Positions 30,434 through 40,890 of a DNA stretch of 50,203 nt are shown here, one piece after another; position 1 is the stretch's first letter; the number at the start of each line of letters is the position of its first letter. The DNA lies in the IMG/VR virus record IMGVR_UViG_3300046170_000009, positions 1 to 50,203 of that record; one strand, 5' to 3'. The stretch comes from a virus. Taxonomy: Duplodnaviria; Caudoviricetes. Under the pieces are notes generated by a model. The model searched no databases. It was given only the letters and a program-made list of their open reading frames with translations, and was not told the DNA's origin. The position numbers were made by a program, and so were the translations under genes.

Positions 30434-31885
30434 TTAAATTGCCGCAATAATAAATGCGAGTAGTTCTGAATAACGTACACCCATGCGGCTACGCTCTTCA
30501 CCAGTTTCTTCGTCCGTCCAAGTGCTGTGGATAAACATTGCGTATCGTCCAGCGTTTAAACCTTCAGCCTCAAATGCGGCCTTGAGGTCTTGTGCAATGA
30601 TGCCAAAGTGAATACGAGCGTCATCGCCTTTTTCTTCTACAGCAGACTTCCAGCGGAACTTACGCAAAAGTCCTTTAGCCGCCACAGCTACGCGAGTCTC
30701 TGCTTCTGACAGGGTTTCAATATCTTGCTTCTCGTTAGCGTCAGAGGTCTGGATAGTTCCGTTGGTGGCGTATACATCATCCCAACGAACACTTGCGTTT
30801 CCTATATCAAGCTCATTATCCCTATCTGCTCCCTCATACCAAGGAATAATTGAACTTGCGGCTCCTCTAAAGCCTGACTTGTTAGTTGAAACTCTTAAAT
30901 TCATACCAAGTACTGCGCCTGAATAAGAGTCAATACTACCCATAATAGTCCCGCCTTTGCGGAATGAAGCAAGAGTACCGTCAGATGAAAGCCTGTTTAA
31001 AAGTAAAGGCCCGCCCCCATCACGAACGCCTACTAGAGTACCGTCTGCGTTAATTTCGCCGCCTGCTGTAGTTGTTGAAGTAGACGACTTACCAACCAGC
31101 AAGTTACCAGAGCTATCAACACGCATACGCTCTGTGCTAGTTGTCCATAACTGCATAGAGTCATCGTTGTGGTTATAACGCAACACTCCTGCATATTCAG
31201 CAGAGGTCGCTGAATTATCTCCAAAGTAAATAGAACCGTTATTAGTAGTCCCGGTTTGAATGGAAATTATTTCAGAGGAAGTGTTGTCGCCAATCTGCAA
31301 ACTTCTGAGAGGACTCGCAGTACCAATACCAACGTTGCCACCACCATCTACTAAGAACATAGTAGTGTTAGAGCTATTTGCAATTAAAAAAGAATCATCG
31401 TTGGAGGTGTTTCCTGCTTTGATTTTAACACCATCACCAGTACTACCGTCGACTTCTAAAGGAAAACTTGGACTCGTAGTACCAATACCAACATTTTCTG
31501 AAGCATCAATCGTAATCGCTACCGCATCTGCATTGTCATCAATGCCTGTAGAACTAAAATTACCTAACGGATAACTCATCTGAGAAGTACCTACAGTCCC
31601 ATCAGAGGGCGTACCAACACTCAGAACATCTCCAAGCACCAGAATATAATCAATAACATCAGAAGACGTTAGTGCTGAACTAAAGGTAATGTTGCTACCA
31701 GAGACTGTAAAAGCTGTTTCAGGTGCTTGAGTTACACCATTCAACGAAACAAGCATATTTCTTGCAGACTCTGGAGAATAAGCAACACTATCTTTAGTCA
31801 AAGCATATGTTGCGGTAGCCGATGTTGTAATAGAATCTAGAAGTACAAAATTACCGGCTACGGGTTCTTTTCCGATGTAAGGCAT
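30434..31885 (-). CDS. tail fibre with C-terminal intramolecular chaperone (peptidase S74-like) domain
   Basis: GNVGIGT repeats; QTSDANEKQDI..HFGIIAQDL..GVRYSEL. Confidence 0.85.
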   Translation of the reverse strand: MPYIGKEPVAGNFVLLDSITTSATATYALTKDSVAYSPESARNMLVSLNGVTQAPETAFTVSGSNITFSSALTSSDVIDYILVLGDVLSVGTPSDGTVGTSQMSYPLGNFSSTGIDDNADAVAITIDASENVGIGTTSPSFPLEVDGSTGDGVKIKAGNTSNDDSFLIANSSNTTMFLVDGGGNVGIGTASPLRSLQIGDNTSSEIISIQTGTTNNGSIYFGDNSATSAEYAGVLRYNHNDDSMQLWTTSTERMRVDSSGNLLVGKSSTSTTTAGGEINADGTLVGVRDGGGPLLLNRLSSDGTLASFRKGGTIMGSIDSYSGAVLGMNLRVSTNKSGFRGAASSIIPWYEGADRDNELDIGNASVRWDDVYATNGTIQTSDANEKQDIETLSEAETRVAVAAKGLLRKFRWKSAVEEKGDDARIHFGIIAQDLKAAFEAEGLNAGRYAMFIHSTWTDEETGEERSRMGVRYSELLAFIIAAI

Positions 31886-34784
31886 ATTATGCTCCTTTAA
31901 GTGCCGTTACTTCGGCTTCTAGTGTTTCGATTCGTGTTACTGCTTCTTGCAGGGCTTTGATAAGTCTTGTCTCAACAACACCTAAACCCGATACCATTTT
32001 ATATCCATCTTCACCATCAGAAACCAGATCAGACCATGCGGTTTGCTCTAACTCTTGCGCCACAACGCCCTCACCAGAACCCTTCGCCTCATCTTTCCAG
32101 TCCCATACACGAGTCTGGATAGCCATGACGTTATTAAGTTCAGAGCCGTGGTCTTGAATGTTATCTTTGAGTGCCGCATCTGACGCTGATACAAAAGACG
32201 GGGTTCCTCCCGCAGACGAAGCAATTCCTCCCGCCCCGCTGTTTCCTCTGGACAAGGAAATAATGGTAGCTGTTCCTGTCCCGTTTGTGTTGTTTAGAGA
32301 TAAGCACGCACCGTTAACTTCGGTTTGTATCTGTCCGGTACTTAAAATAAAAGCCCCTGCCGTACCGTAGCCATAATTAGTGTTTGTTCTACCAACCATC
32401 AAGTTACCAGAGCCATCAATACGCATACGCTCTGTGTTGTTAGTAAAAAATGTAACAGGGTTTGCTGTGAGGTTAGCCACTCTAAACTGGCTAGAGCTTG
32501 CGTAGAGGTAGCCGTAAGTTGACCCTCCAGCTTTAAGCTCAATCGCGCTATCTGATGTGCCATCTACATCAATAAGCCCCCTACCTGAAGTAGCCAATGC
32601 GCCAGCACTTGTAGAGTTCACCAACAAGTTACCAGAGCTATCAATACGCATGGCCTCTGACGTACCGCTCCCACCACCACCGCCAGTTAAAAAGCGCATT
32701 GCTCCTGTTCCGGATGTTGCTCCATAACTGTGCATTGAGACTAGGTTACTGCTGTACTCAACAACGCCCGCATTGGTTTGGTGACTTGCTAAAGACCCTT
32801 TGAAAATAACACCGCCAGAGCTATCAATACGCATACGCTCTGTGTTGTTAGTGCCAAACAAAACGGTGCTGTTTGCTCTGTTCCATACATAAGCATCGCT
32901 TCCAGAACCCTGACCGTAGAAAGCAGAGGTAGAGCCAACGGTGTTGCCGTTACCTGCAAACTCCACTCCAGCACCTGTACTTGATCCAGCCGCTATATTT
33001 AAAAGCTCTGTGGCTGATGTTGTGCCTATAGATACTCTGCCAGAGCTATTCACCGTAACTAACGAATTAGTTTTGTTTGACGTTGAGTCCTCATGCGAAG
33101 CAGTGGCTTGTCTGTTAATTGCAAACGAATCAGGGGTGTCATAAGGGTTTCCAAAAAACCACTCTGTGTCGTTTACTTGGTTGTGACTAAATATACCTGC
33201 CGCACGACTAGCGCCATTAGAATCTAGTATTATGCGGGAATGGCTGAAACTAGAACCACCATCATTGTTGATAGTAATGGTGCTGTCAGCAGTTACAGTC
33301 CCCGTTACGTCAATGCCTGTATTGCTAACAGTTAGCTTTGTGCTTGTCGCGTTGTCGTCTATGCCTGTTGAGGTAAACGTACTAACAGTCGCAGGAGCCG
33401 TTGAAGTCGCACCAATCGTAGTACCATCAATATTACCACCGTCTATATTGACGTTAGCATCTAAAAATTTTGTTGGAGTTTTTCCTAAGAATGGCATTCT
33501 TTATGCTCCTTTGAGTGCCGCTACTTCGGCTTTGAGTTCTTGAATAGCTTTAATCATCATTGGGACTAGCTTGCTGTAATCAACAGCCCACATATCGTCT
33601 TCAGTTTCACCTTGTGTTACTGCTTCAGGTGCAACGTCAACGAGTTCTTGTGCAACCATGCCGTAGGTCTGGTGTGATCCGTCAGCCTTCCAATCAAAAG
33701 AACGTACACGGATATCATCAATGTTACCTGCTGGTGCGTCTACAATGTTTTCTTTGAGGCGCTGGTCTGAGGATGTGTTGTAAGTTGTGGTTGTTGTGCC
33801 AACGCTAATGTACCCAGCCAAAGTAGCCCCTGTATGAAATCTAATAGCAGTCCAACCAGTACCGCCGCTATTGTGCATTTCTAATCCAGTGCCTGTGCTT
33901 TGTATACCTATCGCAACTTTTGGAGATGTGCTATATGTAGATGTTGTACCAACCAGCAAGTTACCAGAGCTATCAATACGCATACGCTCTGAGCCGTTGT
34001 AGTTACTGTTTGCTGATTGCGTCCTAAATATAATTTTGTTTTTACTGGCAGTACTGGAGCCTACACAATCAAGATAAAGGCCGTCTACTGCACCAACTGC
34101 GGCTTGTTGAGACTCTGTACCATCAAGAATAAGAGCGTTAGTGTCTGTTCCTCCTATGTTTATAAACTTAGCCCAACCAGAAGAACTTGTAGGAGTCGAC
34201 GTACCAATACCTACGTTACCAGAGCTATCAATACGCATACGCTCTGATGCGTTTGTAGTAAAAGTTAAGTTATTTGTGCTGTGTGCATAACCTATAGCGC
34301 CAACATCATTATTATCTGAATCACCAAATAACAAATAAGAGGTAGCTGTATTAGGTGCTAGTATTGAAATACCGCCATTTGAAGCTGAGTGTTCTACAAC
34401 AAGCTCATCTCCTGCACTACTAGCTGTTCCAGTAGAGTCGCCACTTTTAACGTGCAAAGTTCCTTGCGGAGATGTTTCTCCAATACCAACATTGCCAGAG
34501 CTATCTATACGGACAGCTTCGCTTGTATTAGTGATAAAACGCATTGCGTTAGTATTGTGATCGTAACGGATGTTTCCAATGTTGGCGTCGTTTTCATCGC
34601 CAAAATCAATACGGCACTCCCCAGTTGTGCTCGTAATCATCTCAAAAATAGCATCAGCACCTGAGCCTGTTCCGTTTGTTTTTATTCTAAAAGATACATC
34701 TTCACCTGAAGCCGTAGATGGGTTTTCTACTAAAAAGTTTTTGGTGGTGCTTGTGGCTCCTATAGATACGCGACCAGAGCTATC
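31107..34784. repeat. dispersed repeat CCAGAGCTATC(AATACGCATACGCTCTG) in three tail fibre genes
   Basis: Core copies begin at 31107, 32407, 32632, 32815, 33040, 33964, 34219, 34495, 34774 (two with one mismatch). Confidence 0.85.
31887..33497 (-). CDS. tail fibre with C-terminal intramolecular chaperone domain
   Basis: ERMRIDSSG repeats; SASDAALKDNI..GVVAQEL..LIKALQE. Confidence 0.85.
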   Translation of the reverse strand: MPFLGKTPTKFLDANVNIDGGNIDGTTIGATSTAPATVSTFTSTGIDDNATSTKLTVSNTGIDVTGTVTADSTITINNDGGSSFSHSRIILDSNGASRAAGIFSHNQVNDTEWFFGNPYDTPDSFAINRQATASHEDSTSNKTNSLVTVNSSGRVSIGTTSATELLNIAAGSSTGAGVEFAGNGNTVGSTSAFYGQGSGSDAYVWNRANSTVLFGTNNTERMRIDSSGGVIFKGSLASHQTNAGVVEYSSNLVSMHSYGATSGTGAMRFLTGGGGGSGTSEAMRIDSSGNLLVNSTSAGALATSGRGLIDVDGTSDSAIELKAGGSTYGYLYASSSQFRVANLTANPVTFFTNNTERMRIDGSGNLMVGRTNTNYGYGTAGAFILSTGQIQTEVNGACLSLNNTNGTGTATIISLSRGNSGAGGIASSAGGTPSFVSASDAALKDNIQDHGSELNNVMAIQTRVWDWKDEAKGSGEGVVAQELEQTAWSDLVSDGEDGYKMVSGLGVVETRLIKALQEAVTRIETLEAEVTALKGA

Positions 34785-34916
34785 AATCGTAATAGCCGTT
34801 GAAGTCGCATTGTCATCAATACCCGTCGAACTAAAGTTAGTCAACGGATACGATAGATCAGACTCCACAATAGTGTTGGGAGGGATTGCAAGACTGTTTA
34901 ATTTAGTAATAGCCAT
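33501..34916 (-). CDS. tail fibre with C-terminal intramolecular chaperone domain
   Basis: ERMRIDSSGNVGIG repeats; TSSDQRLKENI..GMVAQEL..VDYSKLVP. Confidence 0.88.
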   Translation of the reverse strand: MAITKLNSLAIPPNTIVESDLSYPLTNFSSTGIDDNATSTAITIDSSGRVSIGATSTTKNFLVENPSTASGEDVSFRIKTNGTGSGADAIFEMITSTTGECRIDFGDENDANIGNIRYDHNTNAMRFITNTSEAVRIDSSGNVGIGETSPQGTLHVKSGDSTGTASSAGDELVVEHSASNGGISILAPNTATSYLLFGDSDNNDVGAIGYAHSTNNLTFTTNASERMRIDSSGNVGIGTSTPTSSSGWAKFINIGGTDTNALILDGTESQQAAVGAVDGLYLDCVGSSTASKNKIIFRTQSANSNYNGSERMRIDSSGNLLVGTTSTYSTSPKVAIGIQSTGTGLEMHNSGGTGWTAIRFHTGATLAGYISVGTTTTTYNTSSDQRLKENIVDAPAGNIDDIRVRSFDWKADGSHQTYGMVAQELVDVAPEAVTQGETEDDMWAVDYSKLVPMMIKAIQELKAEVAALKGA

Positions 34917-35248
34917 TAGCTAATCTCCATAATACCTGCAACAACATCAAGAGAGCTTGCAGTACTCGCCTGCACTTTTAAAGCATCGGAAGCCTCTAAA
35001 ATATATTTTTGGCCTGATAGCACTTCTAGTGTTGTGTTACCGGGAATTGTTACATCCTCTAGTAGCTGTCGAGTTACTGAACCTGAAGAGTCACTAAATT
35101 GCACCTTAGCAGTAATAGCACTTCCGCTTTTATTAGCCAGTGCTACACCAAGAACAACCGTTGTGGTACTTGAAGGAGTTGTATATAGTGTGCCGTATGA
35201 AGAATTACTTACATCGGCTAATGAAGCATTTTTAAACGTGTTTGCCAT
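34916..35248 (-). CDS. small tail/fibre adaptor-like structural protein
   Basis: MANTFKNA..LYTTP..IP.NTTLEV..KYILE..D.LKV beta-rich pattern between fibre genes. Confidence 0.65.
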   Translation of the reverse strand: MANTFKNASLADVSNSSYGTLYTTPSSTTTVVLGVALANKSGSAITAKVQFSDSSGSVTRQLLEDVTIPGNTTLEVLSGQKYILEASDALKVQASTASSLDVVAGIMEIS

Positions 35249-35251
35249 AAT

Positions 35252-37003
35252 TTACCCCAGTGCAATTGCAAGCGCAGTGGCTGTAGAATCTATATAAGCT
35301 TTTGCGCTCTGTTGAGTGATTAGTTGAGTTGCAGAATTAGAACCCATATCATCTTCGTCAAGTACCGCTGTACCTGAAACGCCGGTATTTAGTACCACAG
35401 ATGTTAAAGTTTTGTTTGTTAATGTATCAGTTGTAGCTCGACCAACTAAAGTGTCAGTAGATGTCGGCAGTGTCAGAGTGCCTGTATTGCTAATAGTAGA
35501 AATAACAGGGGCAGTAAGTGTTTTGTTTGTAAGCGTCTGAGTACCAGTAAGCGTAGCGACAGTAGAGTCGATAGCAACCGTCAGCGTATTAGTCGCGCCA
35601 GTTGTATCAATACCTGTGCCACCAGCAACCGTAAAAGTTTCAGAGTCTAAATCAATACTTAATGCACCGCCAGAGTCACCTTGGAAGTCTAGGTCTTGTG
35701 CGGTTACTTGAGCGTCTACATAAGCCTTCACAGACTGCTGTGTAGGTACAAGCGTTGCACTGTTAGACGACATATCATCTTCATCTACAAAGGCCGTAAC
35801 AGTTATTGTGCCATCAGACAAGCTTCCGTAAGTTATAGTACCTGTGGTTGTAATAGCTGATGAGCCATTATCAATAGCACCAAACCCTGAAGTAATAGAA
35901 CCAGCATTTAAGGCTCCAACAGTTGTTACGTTTGAAAGAGTATCTAGCGCAGACTCAAAATAAGTTTCAAAGTCTGTTAAAGCTACTTGAACCATTGTTC
36001 CTGCATCGTTTACTACAACACGATCAGCATCTGCAAGCGTTGTAGATGTAGCAGTTGTACCACCATCTACAATATTTAATTCAGTAGCCGTAGAGGTAAT
36101 TGCAGTTCCACCAATAGACAGCGTAGAAAAATTACCTGTAGAGGCTGTTGTAGCTCCAATAGCTGTATTATCAACTGTACCTGCATTAATGTCAGCAGTA
36201 TCAGCTACAAGACTATCAATATTGGCTGTACCATCAAGATAAAGATTTCGCCACTCTTTTGTAGAGCTACCAAGATCGTAAGTATCATCAGTATCTGGGG
36301 TAATGTGTGAGGCAACATCTGCTGTAAGCGTAATACTGTCAGTGTCTGCGTCACCAAAAGTAAGATTGCCTGAGATTGTCGCATTGCCCGTAACAGTTAA
36401 ATTACCACCAATACTTAAATCATTAGTTGCTGTCACATTTCCTGTCAGTGTAGAAGTGCCTGTTACAGCCAACGTAGAGCTTAGTGTGGTCGCTCCAGTA
36501 ACACCAAGGGTGCTGGAAAGGGTTGTAGCTCCTGTCACTCCTAAAGTGCTAGAGAGCGTTGTAGCACCCGTTACACCAAAAGTTGTTCCAATTGTAGCGG
36601 CCCCATCAACCGTTAATGTGTCAATGGTTGCTGTTCCGTCTAAATAAAGATCTTTAAACTCTAGTGAGCTAGTACCAAGATCAATATCGTTATCAGTTAC
36701 CGGAACAATAGCGCCATCTTGAATACGAATTTGTTCTACAGCGGCACTTGAAACTTCTACAAAAAAGCCCCAACGATTGTTAGTGCTATCTACAACAATT
36801 TTATTTAAAAAGTCTAAATCACCAATTTGAGGAATATTACCACCGTGACCGGCTGTTCCATCATGTCGGTGTCCAGTAGAAGTTGAACTACTACTAGAAT
36901 AATTAAAAGCATTTTCTAATTGATTATATTCGTCATTAAATAATGCCGCAGTAATTGTATCGCCATCACTAAACGTACTTTGTCGTGTATAATTTTGAGC
37001 CAT
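35252..37003 (-). CDS. proximal long tail fibre
   Basis: MAQNYTRQS..GHRHDG N-terminal anchor, Thr/Gly repeats, TLTNKTLT motifs, ALAIALG end. Confidence 0.8.
   Translation of the reverse strand: MAQNYTRQSTFSDGDTITAALFNDEYNQLENAFNYSSSSSTSTGHRHDGTAGHGGNIPQIGDLDFLNKIVVDSTNNRWGFFVEVSSAAVEQIRIQDGAIVPVTDNDIDLGTSSLEFKDLYLDGTATIDTLTVDGAATIGTTFGVTGATTLSSTLGVTGATTLSSTLGVTGATTLSSTLAVTGTSTLTGNVTATNDLSIGGNLTVTGNATISGNLTFGDADTDSITLTADVASHITPDTDDTYDLGSSTKEWRNLYLDGTANIDSLVADTADINAGTVDNTAIGATTASTGNFSTLSIGGTAITSTATELNIVDGGTTATSTTLADADRVVVNDAGTMVQVALTDFETYFESALDTLSNVTTVGALNAGSITSGFGAIDNGSSAITTTGTITYGSLSDGTITVTAFVDEDDMSSNSATLVPTQQSVKAYVDAQVTAQDLDFQGDSGGALSIDLDSETFTVAGGTGIDTTGATNTLTVAIDSTVATLTGTQTLTNKTLTAPVISTISNTGTLTLPTSTDTLVGRATTDTLTNKTLTSVVLNTGVSGTAVLDEDDMGSNSATQLITQQSAKAYIDSTATALAIALG
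36461..36568 (-). repeat. three tandem 12-aa repeats GATTLSSTL(G/A)VT
   Basis: Near-perfect at protein level, divergent at synonymous DNA positions. Confidence 0.8.
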
Positions 37004-37005
37004 TA

Positions 37006-38613
37006 TTATCTCCTACCTGATGGCATATAATCGATGTAAAAACCATTAACAGCAAAAGAACTATTTTTATCGTTTGTTCTAAGTCTTAAACTAAGTGTGT
37101 TTGCACTGCCTTCAACTGTTTGACGAATCATTGGATCGTTTGTTCCACCAAATGTAGACGCTCCAAAAATAGATGTTCCAAAGATTGCTGGAATTGGAAT
37201 ACCTGTAATCGGATAATCACTTGGCTGAACAATTTCAGTAGATTTATAATCGTATCTAATTCTTAATGTTGGTGATATTTCACCTTCAGGCGAAAAAGAA
37301 GTTCTTATATATTTAAAAGTTTTTCTTGTGCCAATATCACCGCAGTCTAAATCAGTAGTTTCGTAAGTAGCTAATATATTTTGTTCGGTTCCGTCGTATA
37401 CAAAACTTGTACCAGTATCGTGGTTATAAATGTAACCATCTTTATCGCCATGATAAATTTTTTCAATTCCAGTATAGTCGATTATCGAACTTAAACCAAA
37501 AGCTTGAATACCTTCTACTTCAGACCATTCAAATGCTTGACCAGTAAATGTTCCTATTACACCTTTTCCTGCTCCCGGTGAGTCGGTTGCTTCAGAATAA
37601 AAAAGTCTATACTGTGACTTAGATCTTAAAACTGCGCTATCAATTACATACGATGAAATATTTGTTGCAATTGACGATATAATATTTTGTATTTGTCTTG
37701 AAATAGAGCTTAACTCTGTATCGCCAATTCGTGCTGTACCTGCAACGGTTCGGATACCGTCAGGTGCTAAGAATACTAAATCACCTCCGATTTCTTGAAT
37801 GCTATATCCACTTAAACAACCTACGTTTTCTGCAATAGGATCAATACGAGTATTCGCAGGCGTATTTATTTCTACAAGTTTATGGATGCTATTTTTTCCA
37901 AATACAATTAAATCAGCACGAAAACCTTTTAAACCTTGTATTTGATCTGATATAGTTACTGCACCTGCCCCAGCACCTGTAAAGTTATCTGGATCGTTAT
38001 ATACACTAAAGTATACAGTATTTAAATTATCTTCAACACCTGCCGCACATAAATGATGATCGTGAACTGTAATATATTTTACACCGTTTGTACCATCAAC
38101 AGTAACTTCAAAAGCAAAAAAAGTACGGGTGTTTAAAGCTCCTGTACCTTCCATACGAAAAGAATAAATTTTATTTGCGCCATCTGCAATAAATACTTCG
38201 CCATAATCAAAATTAGCGCCTTCAAAAACTGCAAACTGGCATTGACCTTGATTAGTTCTTGTTAATCCAGAACGTCCTGTAAAGGCTGTATAGTTGTCAC
38301 CACCGCCTGCTACAGAACTGCGATTTATTTGTAACCATGTAGCACCGTCGTTACTAAAAAATATGTCGGTTCCGGAACAAACAATGACACCATCAGCGTA
38401 TGCAAAAGTTCCTAGAACTCTATTAGTAGAATTGGGACGTGCGGTTGAAGCACCACCAAACTCTGTAAAACCACCAATACGACGATAGCCGCCATCTGGG
38501 TCTACTTCAAAGTTAGTAAGTGTCGTTGCAAATCCCGGCTGGCCTAAAAGCTCAAGAGAGTTTAAGTTTGTATTTAATCCACCACGACAAGAGAAACCAA
38601 AAGCTTGAGACAT
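37006..38613 (-). CDS. tail nozzle / tubular protein B-like
   Basis: GGLN N-terminus, beta-propeller-like sequence, GC....SIQEIGGDLVFLAPDGIR; follows the adaptor gene. Confidence 0.75.
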   Translation of the reverse strand: MSQAFGFSCRGGLNTNLNSLELLGQPGFATTLTNFEVDPDGGYRRIGGFTEFGGASTARPNSTNRVLGTFAYADGVIVCSGTDIFFSNDGATWLQINRSSVAGGGDNYTAFTGRSGLTRTNQGQCQFAVFEGANFDYGEVFIADGANKIYSFRMEGTGALNTRTFFAFEVTVDGTNGVKYITVHDHHLCAAGVEDNLNTVYFSVYNDPDNFTGAGAGAVTISDQIQGLKGFRADLIVFGKNSIHKLVEINTPANTRIDPIAENVGCLSGYSIQEIGGDLVFLAPDGIRTVAGTARIGDTELSSISRQIQNIISSIATNISSYVIDSAVLRSKSQYRLFYSEATDSPGAGKGVIGTFTGQAFEWSEVEGIQAFGLSSIIDYTGIEKIYHGDKDGYIYNHDTGTSFVYDGTEQNILATYETTDLDCGDIGTRKTFKYIRTSFSPEGEISPTLRIRYDYKSTEIVQPSDYPITGIPIPAIFGTSIFGASTFGGTNDPMIRQTVEGSANTLSLRLRTNDKNSSFAVNGFYIDYMPSGRR

Positions 38614-39383
38614 TAAACAAACCTCATGCGATCATCTTTAATGTAAAAAGGCTCAGGAGCCATTAAGTTTGATTTCATTAAACGTAAACCGCGTCTATAT
38701 TCTTCGTTGGCTAATGCCGCTGGTTGTATGGCCTCTTTAAATTGATGCACAAAATATCTGGCCCTTGCTAAAAGCACAGGCTTATAAACATCAGGAAAAA
38801 CAATTTCATCTGAGTAGGCTGATAGCTGTGTTGGTTGACTATACGCATAAAACCAAACGCGATATACTTTATCGGGTATTGGACTTAAACCCAACATGCG
38901 CCCATCAGGACTCCGAATAACTCTTTTAGGCTCACCACCATTTTCATCTTCTGCATCGTCAGCGTTTTCACTAGCCCTAAAATAATCTTTCCATTCTTCG
39001 ATGGTTGTAAACCTTAAATTTTTTGCTGTGTAAGGGGCTGATTCACCCGTTACACCAACTGTTGTTAAATAAAAATTATCCCAATCAATTGACCCATAAT
39101 CATTTAAAATAGAATTACTTGCTGGTTTTAGTTCGTACCAACGAGTATTAGCAACAGTCTCTATATATGTGTTACCATACATAGGATCAGTTGTTCCACT
39201 ATCACCTACAGACAAAAAAGGCCATTGTGGTTCTTCAAGGACAATATCAAGATACGCCCTATTAATACAATCTTGTGCATGAGCCTGCACACCAATTGCA
39301 GAAGAAAAATTACTAGTAGTCAGTGGGACTTCATTCATTTCTCGCAAAAGCTCATTTGTTAGCTGTAAGTAATTAGTTGCCAT
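38613..39383 (-). CDS. head-tail adaptor / tubular protein A-like
   Basis: YLQLTNELLREMNE..INRA..QWPF; position after the capsid gene. Confidence 0.75.
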   Translation of the reverse strand: MATNYLQLTNELLREMNEVPLTTSNFSSAIGVQAHAQDCINRAYLDIVLEEPQWPFLSVGDSGTTDPMYGNTYIETVANTRWYELKPASNSILNDYGSIDWDNFYLTTVGVTGESAPYTAKNLRFTTIEEWKDYFRASENADDAEDENGGEPKRVIRSPDGRMLGLSPIPDKVYRVWFYAYSQPTQLSAYSDEIVFPDVYKPVLLARARYFVHQFKEAIQPAALANEEYRRGLRLMKSNLMAPEPFYIKDDRMRFV

Positions 39384-39529
39384 TATTTTTTATGAACCTT
39401 CTGTATTTCAAAGTTAGCTGATTTACTAGCTCCTTTATGAGACTTAAAGCCATCTTTGGGATCTTTCATTAGCTTATAGCCTTTACCGCTTTTCATCCAG
39501 TGATAGCCTTCGGGTGCTGAAACTTTCAT
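39383..39529 (-). CDS. small basic protein (48 aa, not in ORF track)
   Basis: MKVSAPEGYHWMK..; ATGA and TAATG coupling on both sides. Confidence 0.7.
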   Translation of the reverse strand: MKVSAPEGYHWMKSGKGYKLMKDPKDGFKSHKGASKSANFEIQKVHKK

Positions 39530-39705
39530 TTTTGACGCATGGACTCGTTATAGTCCATCCCCATACAAGCCTTTTCCATATCACGGACAGTGTTGTAGAC
39601 TTTACCGCCTTTAGCTTTTTCCATGCGATAACCGCCTCCCATGTATGAAGAACGGGCTGTACCACCATAGCTGTATGCTTCTTTCTTTTTTTTCCTCATC
39701 ATCAT
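39526..39705 (-). CDS. small protein with three GG motifs (59 aa, not in ORF track)
   Basis: AAGGAG RBS; MMMRKKKKEAYSYGGTARSSYMGGGYRMEKAKGGKVYNTVRDMEK.. Confidence 0.7.
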   Translation of the reverse strand: MMMRKKKKEAYSYGGTARSSYMGGGYRMEKAKGGKVYNTVRDMEKACMGMDYNESMRQK

Positions 39706-39851
39706 ACTGCTTTCTCCTTCTTACCAAAAATACGGTCATAGTTATCTTCGTATTTTTTGCGGTCTTCGTTTTTTAAATATTGTCCACTTATTTTTATTTT
39801 TTTTGTAGGACTCATCCTAATAGGATTCTTTTCACTTCCAATCTGTGGCAT
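39702..39851 (-). CDS. small basic protein (49 aa)
   Basis: GGAG RBS; KYEDNYDRIFGKK ending. Confidence 0.65.
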   Translation of the reverse strand: MPQIGSEKNPIRMSPTKKIKISGQYLKNEDRKKYEDNYDRIFGKKEKAV

Positions 39852-39862
39852 ACCTATCTCCA

Positions 39863-39893
39863 GAAAAGAAAAGGGGGAGTATTTCATCCCCCT
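39863..39893 (-). terminator. intrinsic terminator after the major capsid gene
   Basis: AGGGGGA-TGAAATAC-TCCCCCT followed by TTTCTTTTC on the - strand. Confidence 0.8.
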
Positions 39894-39900
39894 ATTGTTT

Positions 39901-40890
39901 TTAGTCGATACCGTAGAAAGCCGAAACGAGGGCTTCTGGACGGAGTACTTTAGCACCATATACATGGAGGCCACGTACAATATCACCAAAACTTGATGGA
40001 TCACGAATCACTTCTGTATTCACGATGGTCTGTGCAGTACAGGTAGATGACATGTGACCAGCAATACACTTACCAGCCGCGTTAGTAGTCGCCGCAATGT
40101 TGTTGGTCTTGTACATATCAAAACCACGCAACTTACCAGAGCTTACCAAACCATTACGGATGGAGCCTTGGCCTGCATTGAAATCAACGCTCAAGAGCTT
40201 AGAGCTACTTTGTACCAGTTGCTCGTAGAACTCAGGGTTAGCAAGGAACCAGCGACCTTCTTCTGGAATGTTCTGCTCATCAAGCAGACGCGCCATGTGT
40301 GAAAGAACGTCAATAGGATCGTGCTCGCCAGAAGCGTAACCGATGTCAAGGTTACCAGTACCGTCAAAAGTACCAGCCGCCAAGTCAGTAGCGCTATCAG
40401 AACCAAGAATATGGTTCGGAGAAGCCGCAGGAACGCCAGCAAACATAGCGGCAATTACACCTTCATCAAAAGCGTCACGCAGTGCGTAAGCGGCTGAAGA
40501 TGATGCAACTTCCTTAAAGTTTACGTGAGACATAGAAGTTTCGATGTCGTCAACGATGAACTTAAATGCGTTTGCCGTATCTACAACAAGGCTGACTTCT
40601 TGATCGGTCAACTTAGTTTGAGTTACGTCTGCACCACGCTCGTACTGATAGACGGTGATTACAGGCTCTTTGATAATACGTACTGTATCGCCAAAGGCAG
40701 TAATTTCGCCAGCATAGTCGGTGTTAGTGATAGCTTCCGCTACTGAAGACTTCCGAAAGAAGTTAAGTACCTTCTTGGAATAGACAGCAGGAAGGAAGAA
40801 CGAATTGGTTTGACCCGCAACAGAGTTTGCAAAGTTTGCATCTGTATCTGTTGACGGCTCAAAGTACTGATCTGATTGGTTATAAGCCAT
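39901..40890 (-). CDS. major capsid protein
   Basis: FLPAVYSKKVL..TNTDYAGEI..GDTVRI..FGDIVRGLHVYGAKVLRPE; follows scaffold, precedes terminator. Confidence 0.88.
   Translation of the reverse strand: MAYNQSDQYFEPSTDTDANFANSVAGQTNSFFLPAVYSKKVLNFFRKSSVAEAITNTDYAGEITAFGDTVRIIKEPVITVYQYERGADVTQTKLTDQEVSLVVDTANAFKFIVDDIETSMSHVNFKEVASSSAAYALRDAFDEGVIAAMFAGVPAASPNHILGSDSATDLAAGTFDGTGNLDIGYASGEHDPIDVLSHMARLLDEQNIPEEGRWFLANPEFYEQLVQSSSKLLSVDFNAGQGSIRNGLVSSGKLRGFDMYKTNNIAATTNAAGKCIAGHMSSTCTAQTIVNTEVIRDPSSFGDIVRGLHVYGAKVLRPEALVSAFYGID

Noticed and set aside
30434-34916. Diversity-generating retroelement or invertible shufflon acting on the tail fibres
   Set aside because: No reverse transcriptase or catalytic recombinase, no TR/VR pair with adenine-specific differences, and the repeats are direct rather than inverted
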